A stretch of 64,000 nucleotides of DNA from Podospora anserina (lineage: Eukaryota). Numbering within the stretch: the first letter of the stretch is position 1; each line of letters starts with the position of its first letter. Location of the stretch: NCBI GenBank assembly GCA_017654855.1, contig CM030335.1, positions 434,001 to 498,000 of the forward strand, written 5' to 3'. Made by a program: the position numbers and the translations under genes. Below the pieces are notes generated by a model. The model saw only the letters and a list, made by a program, of their open reading frames with translations. It was not told where the DNA came from and searched no databases. Below are positions 1-12,307 of this stretch, in pieces.

Positions 1-1504
1 ATGGTGGCAGCAGCTTGGAAAGGCCTTGAACGGAACTGAAACGGCTACGTTGGACAACAGACTCACGACCGCCTTTTAAAATTTTTTTGACTGTGGTCTG
101 GATTGTCTTCTCACTACTGCTATGCAAAGAGCCGTCATCTTCGGACTTTGCCCATCTCCAGTATACATCTGCTGCCATACAACGGGGCCATTTCGTGCGA
201 GGCCGAGACGGCGGGATGTAGTATTGCTGACCGGCATCATCCTCAATTTCATCATAGCCTCAAAAGTCGGAGACGGCTCGGGAAGGCAAGACTAGGAGAT
301 AAAGCCAAAGCGGGACTAGAACCCGACAGGATACGAACCAGGACGGACTGATATTGCAAGCTGTATCTCCCAGCAAGAACCGTGCTTGGTTCTTGACATT
401 TTACAGACGATAGGTTCTTGGGCCTGCATCTGTTGTGTTCCACAGGACTTCCCTATCAGGGATGTTTCCGACTGCCTGTGCTACGGGTATAAGCTGTTTT
501 AGGTGTAGGCTGTACATCACAAGCCCGAAGAGATGCAGCTTTCTCACTCTCCTCGCATTTGTCACGCACCTCGGACGAACCTGAACACCGCGATCTTACC
601 AACCGAGGGTGAATTTACTAGCTTCAATTTCGTGATGGATGTGTTGACCGCTTCTCTGTTGTGGTTAGGTTGTAACGCAATTGAGACATCTGCGTGGGAG
701 CTGGACTCAAGAGACAATGCTGGGTTCCTCGAGGACTTATTGTCTAAGGTGCTTATCACGACTACTTACCCAAGGTTTGTATTTATGTCAACATCTGTTA
801 TCTCCCAATGGTAGATCATCCGAGCTCTACATATCATTTGGCCAGACTCGATCTGAGCTTCAATGTCATCTATCCGCTCGAAGACCAACCAGATAGCTCG
901 AACGACCAATCCCCGAACGACTGCCCGTTCTTTTTCACTCAACAACTGGTCCAGGAGGATGCATAGAGACTTGCTCTATATTTTGCCAGTGATTTGGCCC
1001 GCCGCGGCTCTAGCGACCGGAGAGCTTGATGTTTTCCATACCTAAGGATGGGATGAACCAGAGGTCTCCCGATTGCATGGTTACAGCGCTTGTTGTTTAT
1101 TCCCACGTAATGCCTTTACGGCGACGCTATGGTGGTTGGACGGGATCTGACGCTGTAGATCAATGGGACAGCTCGGCCCGCTCGGATTGAGTGTGAAAAG
1201 TTTGAATTTACTGTGTACAATGCAGGTTGGTGCTGACATGGCTGCAATGTCATCAACCAGGCCAGTCGAGGTTGACGGAACAACTTTTATCCAACTATTG
1301 ACCACTTGTTGGAGGTTGGGAACTTGTTGGTTGAGAGCCTGATGGATTCATGTCAAGAAAACGAATTACCAACGATCCGCTGCATAATCATGTTGCTCGG
1401 TCAGGCACCAAAGTAATATGAGATGGTAGTTTCCCCCCCTTCCCCTTGAAATACCTCCCAGATCAACCGCCACCGCCACCGTTCCACCTGCTAGACGACA
1501 TCAA

Positions 1505-3085
1505 ATGTCTTCCCTACATGTTTGGACAACGGCCACCGCCGTCATCGTCTCTCTTCTTCTCCTCACCAGGGCAATCACCTCCAAGAAGACGTCCAAATTC
1601 TCCTCCCTCCCATTACCACCCGGCCCACCTACCCTTCCCATCATCGGCAACCTCCACCAAGCACCCAAAACCCACCCATGGTTCCAATTCCACACCTGGG
1701 CCAAAACCTACGGCCCCGTCCTCCACCTCAACATGGCCGGCCAGCACGTCATCGTCCTCAGCACCAACAAAGCAGCCCACGACCTCCTCGCCAGGCAAGG
1801 TGCCACCTTCTCGGACAGACCTCACTTTGTCGTCGCGCACGAGCTGGCCCTCCAGGGAATGCACATGCTCCTCCGACCATACGACCAACGCTTCAAACTC
1901 CACCAAAAGCTCGAGAGCCCCGTGCTGGGCGAACGAGCGGCAAAGGCCTACGTCAAGATCCAAGACTTGGAGTCGAAACAGCTCCTCCTTGACCTCTTAC
2001 GTGGCGGTGGGAGACCAATCAACCCCCACGACGAAATAGAGCGCATGACCGCCAGCGTGATCTACACCCTCTTTTACGGGCAGAGGGTCCGCGAGGCGGA
2101 TGATGCCATCCTGCTTCAGGCTCACGCTGTAAACCATGAGTTTGACCAGCTGGCGCAGGTGGGAAAGTATCTGGTTGATTCGTTTCCTGTGCTGAACCGG
2201 CTGCTGGGGTTTTTGGCTCCTTGGAAGGCGGAGGCGGCGGAGCACTGGGGGAAACAACGGGCTCTTCACGTGGGGAATTTGGAGAGGGGGTTGAAGGGGG
2301 GGAGCTGGAATGTTGCGCGGCAGATGAAGAGGGCGGTTGATGGGATGGGGGAGGTTGTTATGTCTGTGGATGAGTTGGCGTTGGATATTGGGATTATGGC
2401 TGATGCTGCGCTTGATGCGAGCACGGAGACGATCATGTGGTTTGTTTTGGCTTGTGTTACTGAGGGCCATAGGGGGTGGGTTGACAAGGCACAGGGGGAC
2501 TTGGATCGGGTTGTTGGACGGGGGCGGTTGCCCGGCTTTGATGACCGGGCTGGGTTGCCGTATGTTACTGCTGCTGTGGATGAGTTGATGCGGTGGCGGC
2601 CGGCGGGCCCGGCGGGGGTGCCGCATTTTACCAAGGTGGAGAGCAGCTACGAGGGTTGGCGGATTCCTGCCAACTCGGTGGTGATTCCGAATCATTGGGC
2701 GATTACACGGGAGGAGGCTGTGTTTGGCCCGGATGTGGAAGCGTTTGTGCCGGAGCGGTGGTTGGGAGAGGAGCTTCCCATCGTTGGGTTTGGGTATGGA
2801 CGCCGGATATGCCCCGGCCGGCATGTTGCGCGGAATGGCTTGTGGATAGCGGTGGCACGGCTGTTGTGGGCTTTTGATATCATGCCTGAGTTGAATGAGT
2901 TGGGTGCGCCGGTGGACGTGGATACAAAAGGCACTGATGGACTGGTTACGAAACCATTGCCTTTCAAGGCTCGGTTTGTTCCCAGGGGGAGCTGGGTGAG
3001 GGATGTCGTGTCGAGGGAATGTGATACCTGGGGCGTGGACCATCATGACGTCCTCGATCAGATTGGACGTGAAGTCTTTAATTAA
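1505..3085 (+). CDS. Cytochrome P450 monooxygenase (intronless, 526 aa)
   Basis: N-terminal TM helix, PPGP hinge, K-helix ExxR (ELMR), PERW and heme motif FGYGRRICPG. Confidence 0.95.
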   Translation: MSSLHVWTTATAVIVSLLLLTRAITSKKTSKFSSLPLPPGPPTLPIIGNLHQAPKTHPWFQFHTWAKTYGPVLHLNMAGQHVIVLSTNKAAHDLLARQGATFSDRPHFVVAHELALQGMHMLLRPYDQRFKLHQKLESPVLGERAAKAYVKIQDLESKQLLLDLLRGGGRPINPHDEIERMTASVIYTLFYGQRVREADDAILLQAHAVNHEFDQLAQVGKYLVDSFPVLNRLLGFLAPWKAEAAEHWGKQRALHVGNLERGLKGGSWNVARQMKRAVDGMGEVVMSVDELALDIGIMADAALDASTETIMWFVLACVTEGHRGWVDKAQGDLDRVVGRGRLPGFDDRAGLPYVTAAVDELMRWRPAGPAGVPHFTKVESSYEGWRIPANSVVIPNHWAITREEAVFGPDVEAFVPERWLGEELPIVGFGYGRRICPGRHVARNGLWIAVARLLWAFDIMPELNELGAPVDVDTKGTDGLVTKPLPFKARFVPRGSWVRDVVSRECDTWGVDHHDVLDQIGREVFN

Positions 3086-4241
3086 GTTGTGTTTTAAGGT
3101 CAAACTGTGATGAAAGATTTTCAGGTACTGAATAATCCAGAGGTAAAGTGCGCGTAGTTAAAGGCGCCAGCATACAGATATTCCCCAACGCCCGGCGTCA
3201 TGTTGATGTTACCTAAGGCCGAAGAAGTTACACTTTTATCACGCCCTTCAACTAACCACAACATGAAAGTACGTATGTCTCCATCCTAACACGTCTCCAG
3301 GTTTATGCCATGAATGCTCTGACGAGGACAGAGCCCTCACGTAGTGGTGGTAAGGTATGCCGTACAACTCGGTATTGGGAATGTATGGCCAGAAAAGGGT
3401 TCAGATTACTAGGTAGTTACAGGTACTTTATTGAGTAAGCTCAGACTAGAGACAATGCAAGCTTGGACTGACACCTGATAATCTTGGGGTAACGGACAGA
3501 AGAAGCTCAGACTATAAAGTGAAAAAGCTTGGACTGAGGCCAAGGGTTAACTCGACAATCCGTTGATCCATTTACGGTAGATTGGTTTTCAGTGTGAGGC
3601 TTCTGCCAAGCATTTCCCTATAAAAGGTCCCGGATTATTTGTGTTTTCGAGACCGCTAACACTGCCGCGCATCACGGTGTGAGTGCGTCAAGTTGGCCGA
3701 GAGGGATTTTAGCCCCATGGACTTGGAGGAGAGGTATATCAGGTACCTTATATATCATCAAAGAATATCTCATGGCGTTGTAGAGGAAGCGATAACGACG
3801 ATCAAAAATCACCCTCAGAGTCAGGATTAACCTATATATGTACTGTACAGTGGGGTGGGGGGGTGTTGGAAAGACGTTGACGGCGTTGAACTACATCGAT
3901 GAAAACCAAAACAACCACGGCATTATAAGGTAGCTGGCATGTTGTCGGGTGCGGGTGTGCCAAGAGATGCAAAATCTGAGCTGTATTGCCAAGCATCAGC
4001 ATTGCCTAAATAAAGTAACTCGTAATTCCAGCCAACGACACCTCGAGACCCACTCCCAATGGCAGCAACGTCAAGATCAACCACCAATCGCCGGTTTCCA
4101 AGCCTTACTAGGTAGCGGGTAGCTTTGGTGAGATGCAAGGCAGTGCGAAGCCTGAACATCACGGGCTTTAAAGACTGACAGGATGCCCTCCAAATACATC
4201 AGTCATTCTTCATTCTCTCCAAACGCCCATCATTGACAATC

Positions 4242-5213
4242 ATGCGTCTAGAAATCCTTCTGTCTCTTTTCGCCGGCTTAACCGCCCGCGCAGAGTTGTT
4301 CCATCGCCAGCAACAACCTCCCGATGAAACCCCCAGCCCCATCCCCCGCCCAACAGGCACCAGCAACTCCTCCTCCCCTAACTTGACCCCCTACAAGATC
4401 GACTACTTCCACCTAGGCATGGAATACACCGCGCTCGACCTCTGCGGCCTAGACCCCTACGCTATCAAAGACGCCGGAAGGATCAACCCCAGTTACTGCC
4501 TCGTTGCCCGATACTGGGCTTTCATGCCCGACCTCACTGAGCTCAACTCAACAGAGACATTTGACTACGTCAACAGCAATTGGACCTCCAGCTCCGTCCA
4601 GTTCAGCCTGCGCGCGCTGTACACTGGTCTTTTTGCCCGTGGGATTCTACCGGAAGCACTCCGCGACTGGGCAAGCCAGGACCCGCGGGCTCTTCCGGGG
4701 ATGGGGAATCTCTCCGACGATGACAAGCGCGCCATTGGAGAGCTGGTGGCTCGAGAGCGGGCGAACGGAACAAAAACGATTTCTCCTCCAGAGGATATGA
4801 GATCCTCCCGAGCAGCGGAGGTGACGGCGCAGATGCTGGCACTGGAGAGCTGGGATCGGCATCGGCGTTCGGCATTGTCGAGTGTCACCCCAGTGCCGAC
4901 GGCAGCGTTTGCCCTCGGGGCAGAGGACAAGAAGGAGGTGTTTTTGGTTTTGTCGTCGGCGTTGCCGCAGGTGTTTGGAAAGCTGGGCGGGCCGAGGAAT
5001 GAGACGGAGAAGGGGAGAGATCCGAAATCGATGGGGATTACTGAGACGTATTTGAAGTCGCCGTTTGTTCCAGCAGGGCCGAACGCGAGGGTGTTGTGGT
5101 ATACTGCTTTGACGCCAGAGGAGTTGTCTGGTGCTGTAGGACTGCGCGCGTTTGCCAGTTGGGGGCTTTGGATGGGGATTTGGGGGTTGATGGGGTTCGT
5201 GGCTGTGTTGTGA
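4242..5213 (+). CDS. Secreted, probably GPI-anchored hypothetical protein
   Basis: ATG at 4242 followed by a signal peptide (MRLEILLSLFAGLTARA), a P/S/T-rich linker and a C-terminal SGA followed by a hydrophobic tail. Confidence 0.75.
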   Translation: MRLEILLSLFAGLTARAELFHRQQQPPDETPSPIPRPTGTSNSSSPNLTPYKIDYFHLGMEYTALDLCGLDPYAIKDAGRINPSYCLVARYWAFMPDLTELNSTETFDYVNSNWTSSSVQFSLRALYTGLFARGILPEALRDWASQDPRALPGMGNLSDDDKRAIGELVARERANGTKTISPPEDMRSSRAAEVTAQMLALESWDRHRRSALSSVTPVPTAAFALGAEDKKEVFLVLSSALPQVFGKLGGPRNETEKGRDPKSMGITETYLKSPFVPAGPNARVLWYTALTPEELSGAVGLRAFASWGLWMGIWGLMGFVAVL

Positions 5214-5726
5214 GCGGAGTTGACGTATTTGTGATTGAGCGTATGTCGAAAACAATTGTAGACACTTGACATTTTGATTGGCGGTAGCTTTGTTCATGCG
5301 GACTATATGGAGCCCCGTGTCTGCTCGATTCTTTGACGCTGAGCGATATTAGCCAGGTGTTTGCCTTTCTCGGATCCGACATCAAGTAGCGTATATGGGA
5401 TCATTGGCAGGGCATGGGTTTCCGCCGGCAATGTCTGGCTTGAGCGGTGTCTAGAAGGGTCCCTGATGTAATGACCTCGTTGTGCCTTTGTTGGCCACCG
5501 TCAAAGGATCTCACGATCCATGCTGCTCAAGCAGAGGCGCAGTTCGGTTCTGCGATGTGTGCATTTGACCGGGAAACTACCTCTAGACCAGACTCTTGGT
5601 AGGTATTAATGATGCCTCCTCCCCTTCGTTGACAGACTTCCATTCACCATCATCGCAGGCACACTCCCACCTGCAGCAACATCACCTACCAACCAAAACA
5701 CCACACATCACTTCCACAGCCACAGA

Positions 5727-6188
5727 ATGAAGTTTACCACCATGGTCATGGCCGCCCCTCGCGCGCCCCCTCCCTCCGGCGCCGTCATCCGCCTGGCCAA
5801 GCGCTTCAACCACACCCCCAACCCGTCCAAGACCAACCTCTGCAGCGAGGCCAACCCCCAATACCGCACCAGCGAACCTTCCACCAAGGCCTCGGACTGC
5901 TGGGAGATCCCCACCAAGTCCTCCCCCGCCAACATCCCCGGTTACTGGACCCTCAATTCTACTGAGGCCGGCTCCGGTCAGTGGTACAGCCTCGGCACCT
6001 TTGGTACCTGCGAGTTCAAGGTTCGCGGCAAGGAGGGGGAGCAGCTGGATTTTGGGACGTACGATGTCAAGTTTTATATCGATGCCCACACCAGACAGGG
6101 GTATGATGAGGAGGGGCGAATTGAGGTTGCGAGCCCGGTTACGTGTGACGGGGGTGTGGATGCTGAGTGGGCTGTTGCTCATGTTTGA
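5727..6188 (+). CDS. Ecp2/Hce2-like small secreted effector protein
   Basis: MKF start, KR processing site, and the 4-Cys pattern C..SDC..GxW..GTCxF..GxxDV..GRI..VTC..W typical of the Hce2 domain. The signal peptide looks degraded. Confidence 0.7.
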   Translation: MKFTTMVMAAPRAPPPSGAVIRLAKRFNHTPNPSKTNLCSEANPQYRTSEPSTKASDCWEIPTKSSPANIPGYWTLNSTEAGSGQWYSLGTFGTCEFKVRGKEGEQLDFGTYDVKFYIDAHTRQGYDEEGRIEVASPVTCDGGVDAEWAVAHV

Positions 6189-6558
6189 GGAAGGGCGGAA
6201 GAGGATGAAGGGTAACTGAGAGAGGTCCTGCTGGGAATTTAACATTCGTGGCTTTTTGGGAGGAAGAGCAAGAACTGGAAGATAGAGATATAGAATTGGC
6301 TGGATCAAAGGAGATGCGCAACAATGGAAAGATTTGCCATGAAACGAATGTTTGAACTGCTTTGATCGGCAAAGCCATTTTGTAATAGCTGTGATCCTGT
6401 CATCTGAAAAGTCCGTGGCACTGTCAGCCCAAGCCGTTCTTTCCATGTTGGGTGCCAAGGCCAGCTGAGATGGAAGGCACCACACCTCAACCGCAGAGAG
6501 AGTCGCTCTTTCCTCCTGCTGCTTAGCAACACCAAACACGTGGTCATGATCCTGTGAT

Positions 6559-8871
6559 ATGATGTCGTCATCAAAGCTGCAGTATGAACACCTCGATCAG
6601 CAGGACCACTCCATCCGTCTTTTGCGCCTCGTCCCAGGACGATGGCTCGACAACATCTACTGCGAGCTGCAAACCGTCTCGCTCGATGACAACCCCGCAT
6701 ACCACGCTCTTTCCTACGTCTGGGGTAACCCTCAAGACACAGGCCTTATCACCGTGGATGGTTCACCATTCCAAGCCACCAAGAACCTGATCACTGCCCT
6801 GCGGCGGCTGAGATCCAGTATCGACGTCAAGGTGTTCTGGGTGGACGCCGTGTGCATCAACCAGCTAGACACGAACGAGAAGACAAGTCAGCTAGGGCTG
6901 ATGGCTAGAATATACAAGAGTGCAGCAGACGTACAGGTTTTCTTGGGCGAGAGTGGTGTTCTCGACCTCATACCGCACGAACAACAGGCGCTGTGGGATG
7001 ATCCGCCGCGGACGCACTGGGTTCGGGATGCCACTATGTTAATTCACACAGAGCATCCGCCGCATAAAGACGGGGTGGGTTTTTACCACCAGCCTTTGTT
7101 TGCTCAGAGCCATGTGCTAAAAGTTTTAGAAAACCTTAGTTGGACTCTCGAGGTGTCATAATCGACTGGGGAATATACCTCCGTTTGCCAAGCTCACCGG
7201 AACAACCTGGCTATAAACCCGCCTCGAGAGAGGTCCCTATGTGGGCTATAGTTCGTACATACCTGCAGTACATTACTGCTAGCTCGCACTCTACTAACAC
7301 ATCGGGGACAGTTGGATCCATCAAATGGCCTGAATGCCGCAGATCAGCACAGGGTTGACCAGTTCTTCGCGAGACAGCAGGATCCCATGCATGGTCGCGA
7401 TGAAGAGCTGCCACCGCTCGAAAGGTTACGACATAACCAGTCTGGTGCCTTTGCCATGATGAAGATGCTCTCAAATGGGAGATGTCTGAAGGTGTGTTGC
7501 CAGGGCCCTCTGAACTCATCAGCCTGGCAAGGGGCTTTCAATGTAATTGCCCATCTCGTCAGCCTACCGTGGTGGTCACGAGCTTGGGTCTTGCAAGAAG
7601 CCATCTTACCCCAACGGGATGTCCTCGCCATCTACGGCGAGATCGTCGTTCCCATGGGTCTTATTGAAGATTCCGGAGCCGTTCTTCCACGCCACTATGC
7701 ACGTGGTGACTGCTGCAAGCGCTTTTGGAACTCGCTGCCTCAGGCCCAGAAAGCAACCCTCGAAAAGTTTGCCAACACCATGGGCCAGCTAGAGGGCATC
7801 AGACAGACATTGAACATGCTGAAGATGAAGCCAATTGAAATGCTCAAATATCTGATAGACAAGACGCGTTTTAAAGAGGCTACCGACCCGCGCGACAAGA
7901 TTTACGGCCTGTTGGGCCTTCTCAGCAACTGCGATGAACCCATCGACCTGATTCCTGATTACCACCTCTCCGCAAACGACCTCTACACCAAGGTGGCAAT
8001 GCAAATGATCAGCTACACCAGAAGCCTCTCCATTCTCCACCACCACGAGTTTCGCTCCTCCCCTCTGTGTTCAGAGTTACCATCATGGGTGCCATGCTGG
8101 GGCCCAACCTACGGCTCCCTCACCCCCTTTCAAATCGGAGAACGCACTGCCAACTTCTTGGCTTGCCCCCCTGGGCCAGGCAGGATCCCTCATCTTGCCA
8201 TCGACACTCCTTGCCCCAATGCTTTGGTTGTGCAAGGGAGATTCGTCTCGAAAGTCTCTGCCGTCACGACTCCCGCTTCCAAAGAAACGACAAGTTTATT
8301 CATAGACTTGCTGACCTTCCTCCAGATTTTCTTCGACATTGACCCCTTCTCTCTCCACCCAATAACCCAAGAACCACAAGAGGATGCGCTAGCCCGCACG
8401 CTTCTGTCGGACCAAGTCTTTGAGGTACGATATGAGTTCAAGGCTGGGCAAGTAGTGTTCAGCAGAGCCTACGCTGGGGATATCCAGATGTTTCGTCTCG
8501 CTCGTCAGATCTTGATGGCGCAGAAGATGGGACAGACTTTGGTGCTCACCTTGCCGAACGGCACGGTCATAGATGACCAGGCAAAGGCGCATGTGGTGAT
8601 GCATGCCGAGGAGAACTTCTGGTGTGCCAATGAGGGGAGGGTGTTTTTCCGAACAGAAGAGGGCCATTTTGGGTCTGGGCCGAGGGAAACAAATGTGGGG
8701 GATGAGGTTTGGGTTGTGTTGGGGAGTTTGGTACCTCTGGTTTTGAGAAGGGCAACAGAGGGGGAGGACGGTAGAAGGCTGGTGGGCTATGCGTATGTTC
8801 ATGGGATTATGGACGGGGAGGCTGCGCCTGGGGTGAATGGGGAGGGGAAGAGGGAGGTATATTTGGTGTAG
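6559..8871 (+). CDS. HET-domain (HET-6-like) heterokaryon incompatibility protein, 3 exons (~6559-7074, 7140-7250, 7312-8871)
   Basis: IRLL..YxALSYVWG..FWVDAVCINQ..MARIYKSA..WWSRAWVLQE..ATDPRDKIYGLLGL..LPSWVP..GDEVWVVLG..LVGYAYVHGIMDGE. Phase-0 introns 7075-7139 and 7251-7311 join the ORFs in frame. Confidence 0.9.
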
Positions 8872-9232
8872 CTCCACGCAGAGCTTGCTATCGCTTGACT
8901 TGGGGTCCGTTCCCAGGATCCTGACTAGCCATGTCCATGTGCCTGTGATGACTCCCCCGGACGCCGGGCAGAGGGGCGGTGGGTATCCATGATATGAGAT
9001 TCCTGCAACAATACTCGCTGGTGACTGACAAGAAACAAAACCAGTAAACGCCGTCGTCCACCCCATCCTTTTATGTACATCATATTACGTTGCCCAAGCC
9101 ACCGTGGCCGTATCGCTGTCGATTTGGCCGAGTATTTCCCTCTACCCTACATCATTCCCAGTCGCTTATCGTACAACTTGGTCGTGTCGTTCGGTTTTTC
9201 AAGTTTCGTCGTTCGAGATCAAAGATCGGGGT

Positions 9233-9494
9233 TTAAGCGGGACTAAGGTTCAGAGTCAGCGACAGTTACCAAGAGAGAGAAGTGTTGGAATGATACTGAC
9301 ACAAGGAAGGCCTCACCAAAGCCAGTGCTCAAAAAAGCAACAGCAAGACCAAAGATGGTGATGCTGCGGGTGATCTCGGCATTCTCAGAGTAGAAGAGAG
9401 CGTTGGTGGCAATGGTAAATGGGTTCATGGAGCCCTTCTTCGCGCGGCGGGGGACGGGACCCTGGCCACCCATACCGATGTATTGACGGTTCAT
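9233..9494 (-). CDS. tom6: Mitochondrial TOM complex subunit Tom6
   Basis: ~67 aa with [29 protein letters not shown], matching the recalled Neurospora Tom6 pattern (SENASVVRSIAFFGAAVAFLSS). Intron 9300-9243, ending VPA*. Confidence 0.8.
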
Positions 9495-9978
9495 TTTGGC
9501 GGTGGTGATGTGTGGTTGTTGTTGAGAGAGTGACGGGCGCTGGGGGGAGTGCTGGTGGAATTGCCGTGTCCGGGGATGTGGAATCGAAATTTTGGCAGTG
9601 ACGCAGGTGGTCCAAGAATTCGACACCAGCCACAGTCAATTGATGACCCCACCACTCGGTGTAGTGCGTGTGCACCAGCCACAGATCCCCCGGAACATTG
9701 AGGCTGAGGCCAAGCCAAGCTCGTGACCCCCGCAGCTGACAGGGCTCCACCTGAGCTTCAGGCCCCTCACCTCACCCCACCAAGTCTCCTGACGACGACT
9801 CTGTCATTGTCCGCCACTATAAAGAACTGCGACGACGACCATACCAACCAATGCCACTACTACCTTCCTCACCATAAACACATTGACCAATCACGCTTTC
9901 CCAGCATTGAACACGAGTTACACAACAGACACTCCAATCTTCACAATCTTCACACACATACACACACACAATCTGAGG

Positions 9979-10831
9979 ATGTCTAACATCGACCAAACCG
10001 GGGGCGGCTTTCTCCCACCATCACCAGCTCCAACAGCGACCTCGACTGCCACCGCCAACACATTCAGCGGCAACGCCTCGCCATTACCACACCCTCGAGG
10101 CCACGCCCTCAAAGCAGGCTCTGCCAAGGAGGACAAGATCCGTAACTACATCTCAGATCGCCTCGCCCACATCAACCGCCGTCTGGTCACCAAACCAGAA
10201 GAAGAGACCGACAACAACATCAAACCATACACTTCACTGGCTGACCTGTGCCAAACTGACCTCGATCCACTCATCAACATCATATGGCTATCCGGGACAC
10301 GTACGTTGCATCACTCTCTTTCTTGCGTGGACTATTGCTGACTTTGACATAGCGGCCCTGCAAATACCATACCTTCTCAACATTGCTTCCGACTTCAATG
10401 ACTGGCTGCAAACACCCACGTCCTTTTCAGTCGCACACAAGGCATCTTCACCAACCATATTCGGCACTTTGTCCAAACTGGACCATTGCTTTGCCAGTCT
10501 GCTTTGTGGCCGCGATTTCGTCACTTCTGAACCCCTTCCTGGCTTCTTCAACTCTGCATCGACGACCGGGGGCTCCGGAATGTCCAAGACAGATATGGTG
10601 AGACTCAAGAGCACGGTCCAGCAGACGAGAGTTGTTATTGTTGACGTCCTGGACAATGATGATGACGGGGAAACTAGCAGGGTGGAGGAACTTGATGATC
10701 AAGATGGAGAAGAGGGGGATGATTATGATGGCGATGAGTGGGACGACCGTGAGAAAGAGCGCATGTTCATGGATGTGGCGCGCGTTTATGAGAATACGCT
10801 GGTCAAACTGGGAGAGTTGCTTTTGGAGTAA
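9979..10831 (+). CDS. tfb6: TFIIH-associated subunit Tfb6-like protein (intron 10301-10352)
   Basis: LPHPR..GSAKE..IWLSGTPALQIPYLL..KLDHCFASLL..MSKTDMVRLKS..VARVYENTLVKLG, motifs of the fungal Tfb6 family. The 3' end could carry an extra intron. Confidence 0.75.
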
Positions 10832-10966
10832 CTGTTTCGTTCAGCGCTCTAGCTCGCATACATTACTAACTACCGACCCCTCTCCCAGAGGCAACCCACC
10901 ACTCCGCTACTCCTCCTACCCCTAGCACAATCACCGCCGAGCCCCCTGGCTTAAGCATGTCCTATC

Positions 10967-12307
10967 CTAGTATGCCTCAATCTCAGCCAACTCACCCGCA
11001 TCTCGGGGGATCTGGCACCTCCCAGTTCCGCACCGCGGCGGCTGGATTCGGCAAGTCTTGGTCGACTCGACGCAGATGGCATCAAGTCTCGTGCACGGCT
11101 CGAACCCGCCGATACAAACCTCGTTCACACACTTCTCGACGCCGTTGCAGTATCTGCCATCGTCACACTGGGCGTCGGACGAACAGAAATTGGCAGGCTT
11201 GTCGGGAAGCCAGAGATCGGGACTCCTCTCGCCCAAGATGGCAACCAACTCAACAATATCCTTCTTCAAGGTGAATGACCTCTCCCCATTGGCGTTCAGT
11301 CCGAGTGCCTGCGAGACCTTGGCCCTGAGAGCCTTCTCAAGCTCACCGCTGTAGGCGGTGTTAAGTGCTTGGGTCTTTTCCTCGATCACACTTTTGGCGA
11401 GCATCTCGACAAGGTTATCAAGAAGATCAAACGGAGTGGCGAGCAGCGTGCCGGCAGTAATATCGATAACCGACCGGAGGATGTCATTCCAAACTGCCTT
11501 AAGGGAGTCACCCTTGAAGAGGTGGGTTACCGCCTTGAGGATACTGGATGTGCTACCCAGGATGGCCGTGACAAGACCGTTAAGGAAGGACACCCCGCTG
11601 ATGTTGAACTTGATGTTCGTGTCGCTGAGTTGGGCAGCAACCTTGGTGATGGGACGGATGGTGAGGATGTAGTTGCCTGCCGCATCGCGTTTGAGAGGGG
11701 CAGGTGCGAAGGTGAAGAGGATGGCAAGTTGAGCACGGGTGGCCAGAGAGCCAGCTGCGTTGAACGAGTCGGAACCAGCGCCGATGCACTTACCCAGGAC
11801 CCGAGTCCCGAACTTTTGCTTGATATCGGCGCGCGCCCAAAGCTCGATGGGGAGGTCGGCGACGAAGATGCCGGGGTTGGATAGGGAGATGGGGTTGCCC
11901 GAGAACTTGATGCCGGCCTCGGCGAGGAGCTTGGCATTGGCTTGGGTGCCAGTGATCTCGGCCGTGACCGTGCAGGAATGGCCAGTGTCAATTTTGACAT
12001 TGGTGGGGTCGTTGTATTGGAAGAGAAGACCGCTTCGATCAATCTTGATGTTGTTTGCAGCGAGCGCATCGTTCACCTTGGCGGCGACGACGCGGCAGAG
12101 TAGCTGAACAGTGGCATCGCCTTGTGAACACTCCAAGAAACCGATGAGGGGGTTGAGGAGGTCAGAAAGACGGACAGTGCCGCGGGGCTTGAGGGCGCGG
12201 AACTGATAGGGCTCGAGGGAGGTTTCTGTGCCGGTGGTAGCACGGGGCGCAGTGATTGCTGTGGCGGTTGTCAGCCCCAGAAGGGGAAGCAATGGAAGAA
12301 ATCTCAT
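10967..12307 (-). CDS. Secreted protein of unknown function with a C-terminal Cys-rich module (446 aa, intronless)
   Basis: Signal peptide MRFLPLLPLLGLTTATA, a long ORF with gene-like codon bias, and C-terminal CSSDAQCDDGRYCNGVEKC..C..PC. Confidence 0.85.
   Translation of the reverse strand: MRFLPLLPLLGLTTATAITAPRATTGTETSLEPYQFRALKPRGTVRLSDLLNPLIGFLECSQGDATVQLLCRVVAAKVNDALAANNIKIDRSGLLFQYNDPTNVKIDTGHSCTVTAEITGTQANAKLLAEAGIKFSGNPISLSNPGIFVADLPIELWARADIKQKFGTRVLGKCIGAGSDSFNAAGSLATRAQLAILFTFAPAPLKRDAAGNYILTIRPITKVAAQLSDTNIKFNISGVSFLNGLVTAILGSTSSILKAVTHLFKGDSLKAVWNDILRSVIDITAGTLLATPFDLLDNLVEMLAKSVIEEKTQALNTAYSGELEKALRAKVSQALGLNANGERSFTLKKDIVELVAILGERSPDLWLPDKPANFCSSDAQCDDGRYCNGVEKCVNEVCIGGFEPCTRLDAICVESTKTCRIQPPRCGTGRCQIPRDAGELAEIEAY

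Noticed and set aside
3437-3540. Short local duplication (aagctcagacta...aagcttggactga twice)
   Set aside because: Small, diverged, non-coding; no element features.
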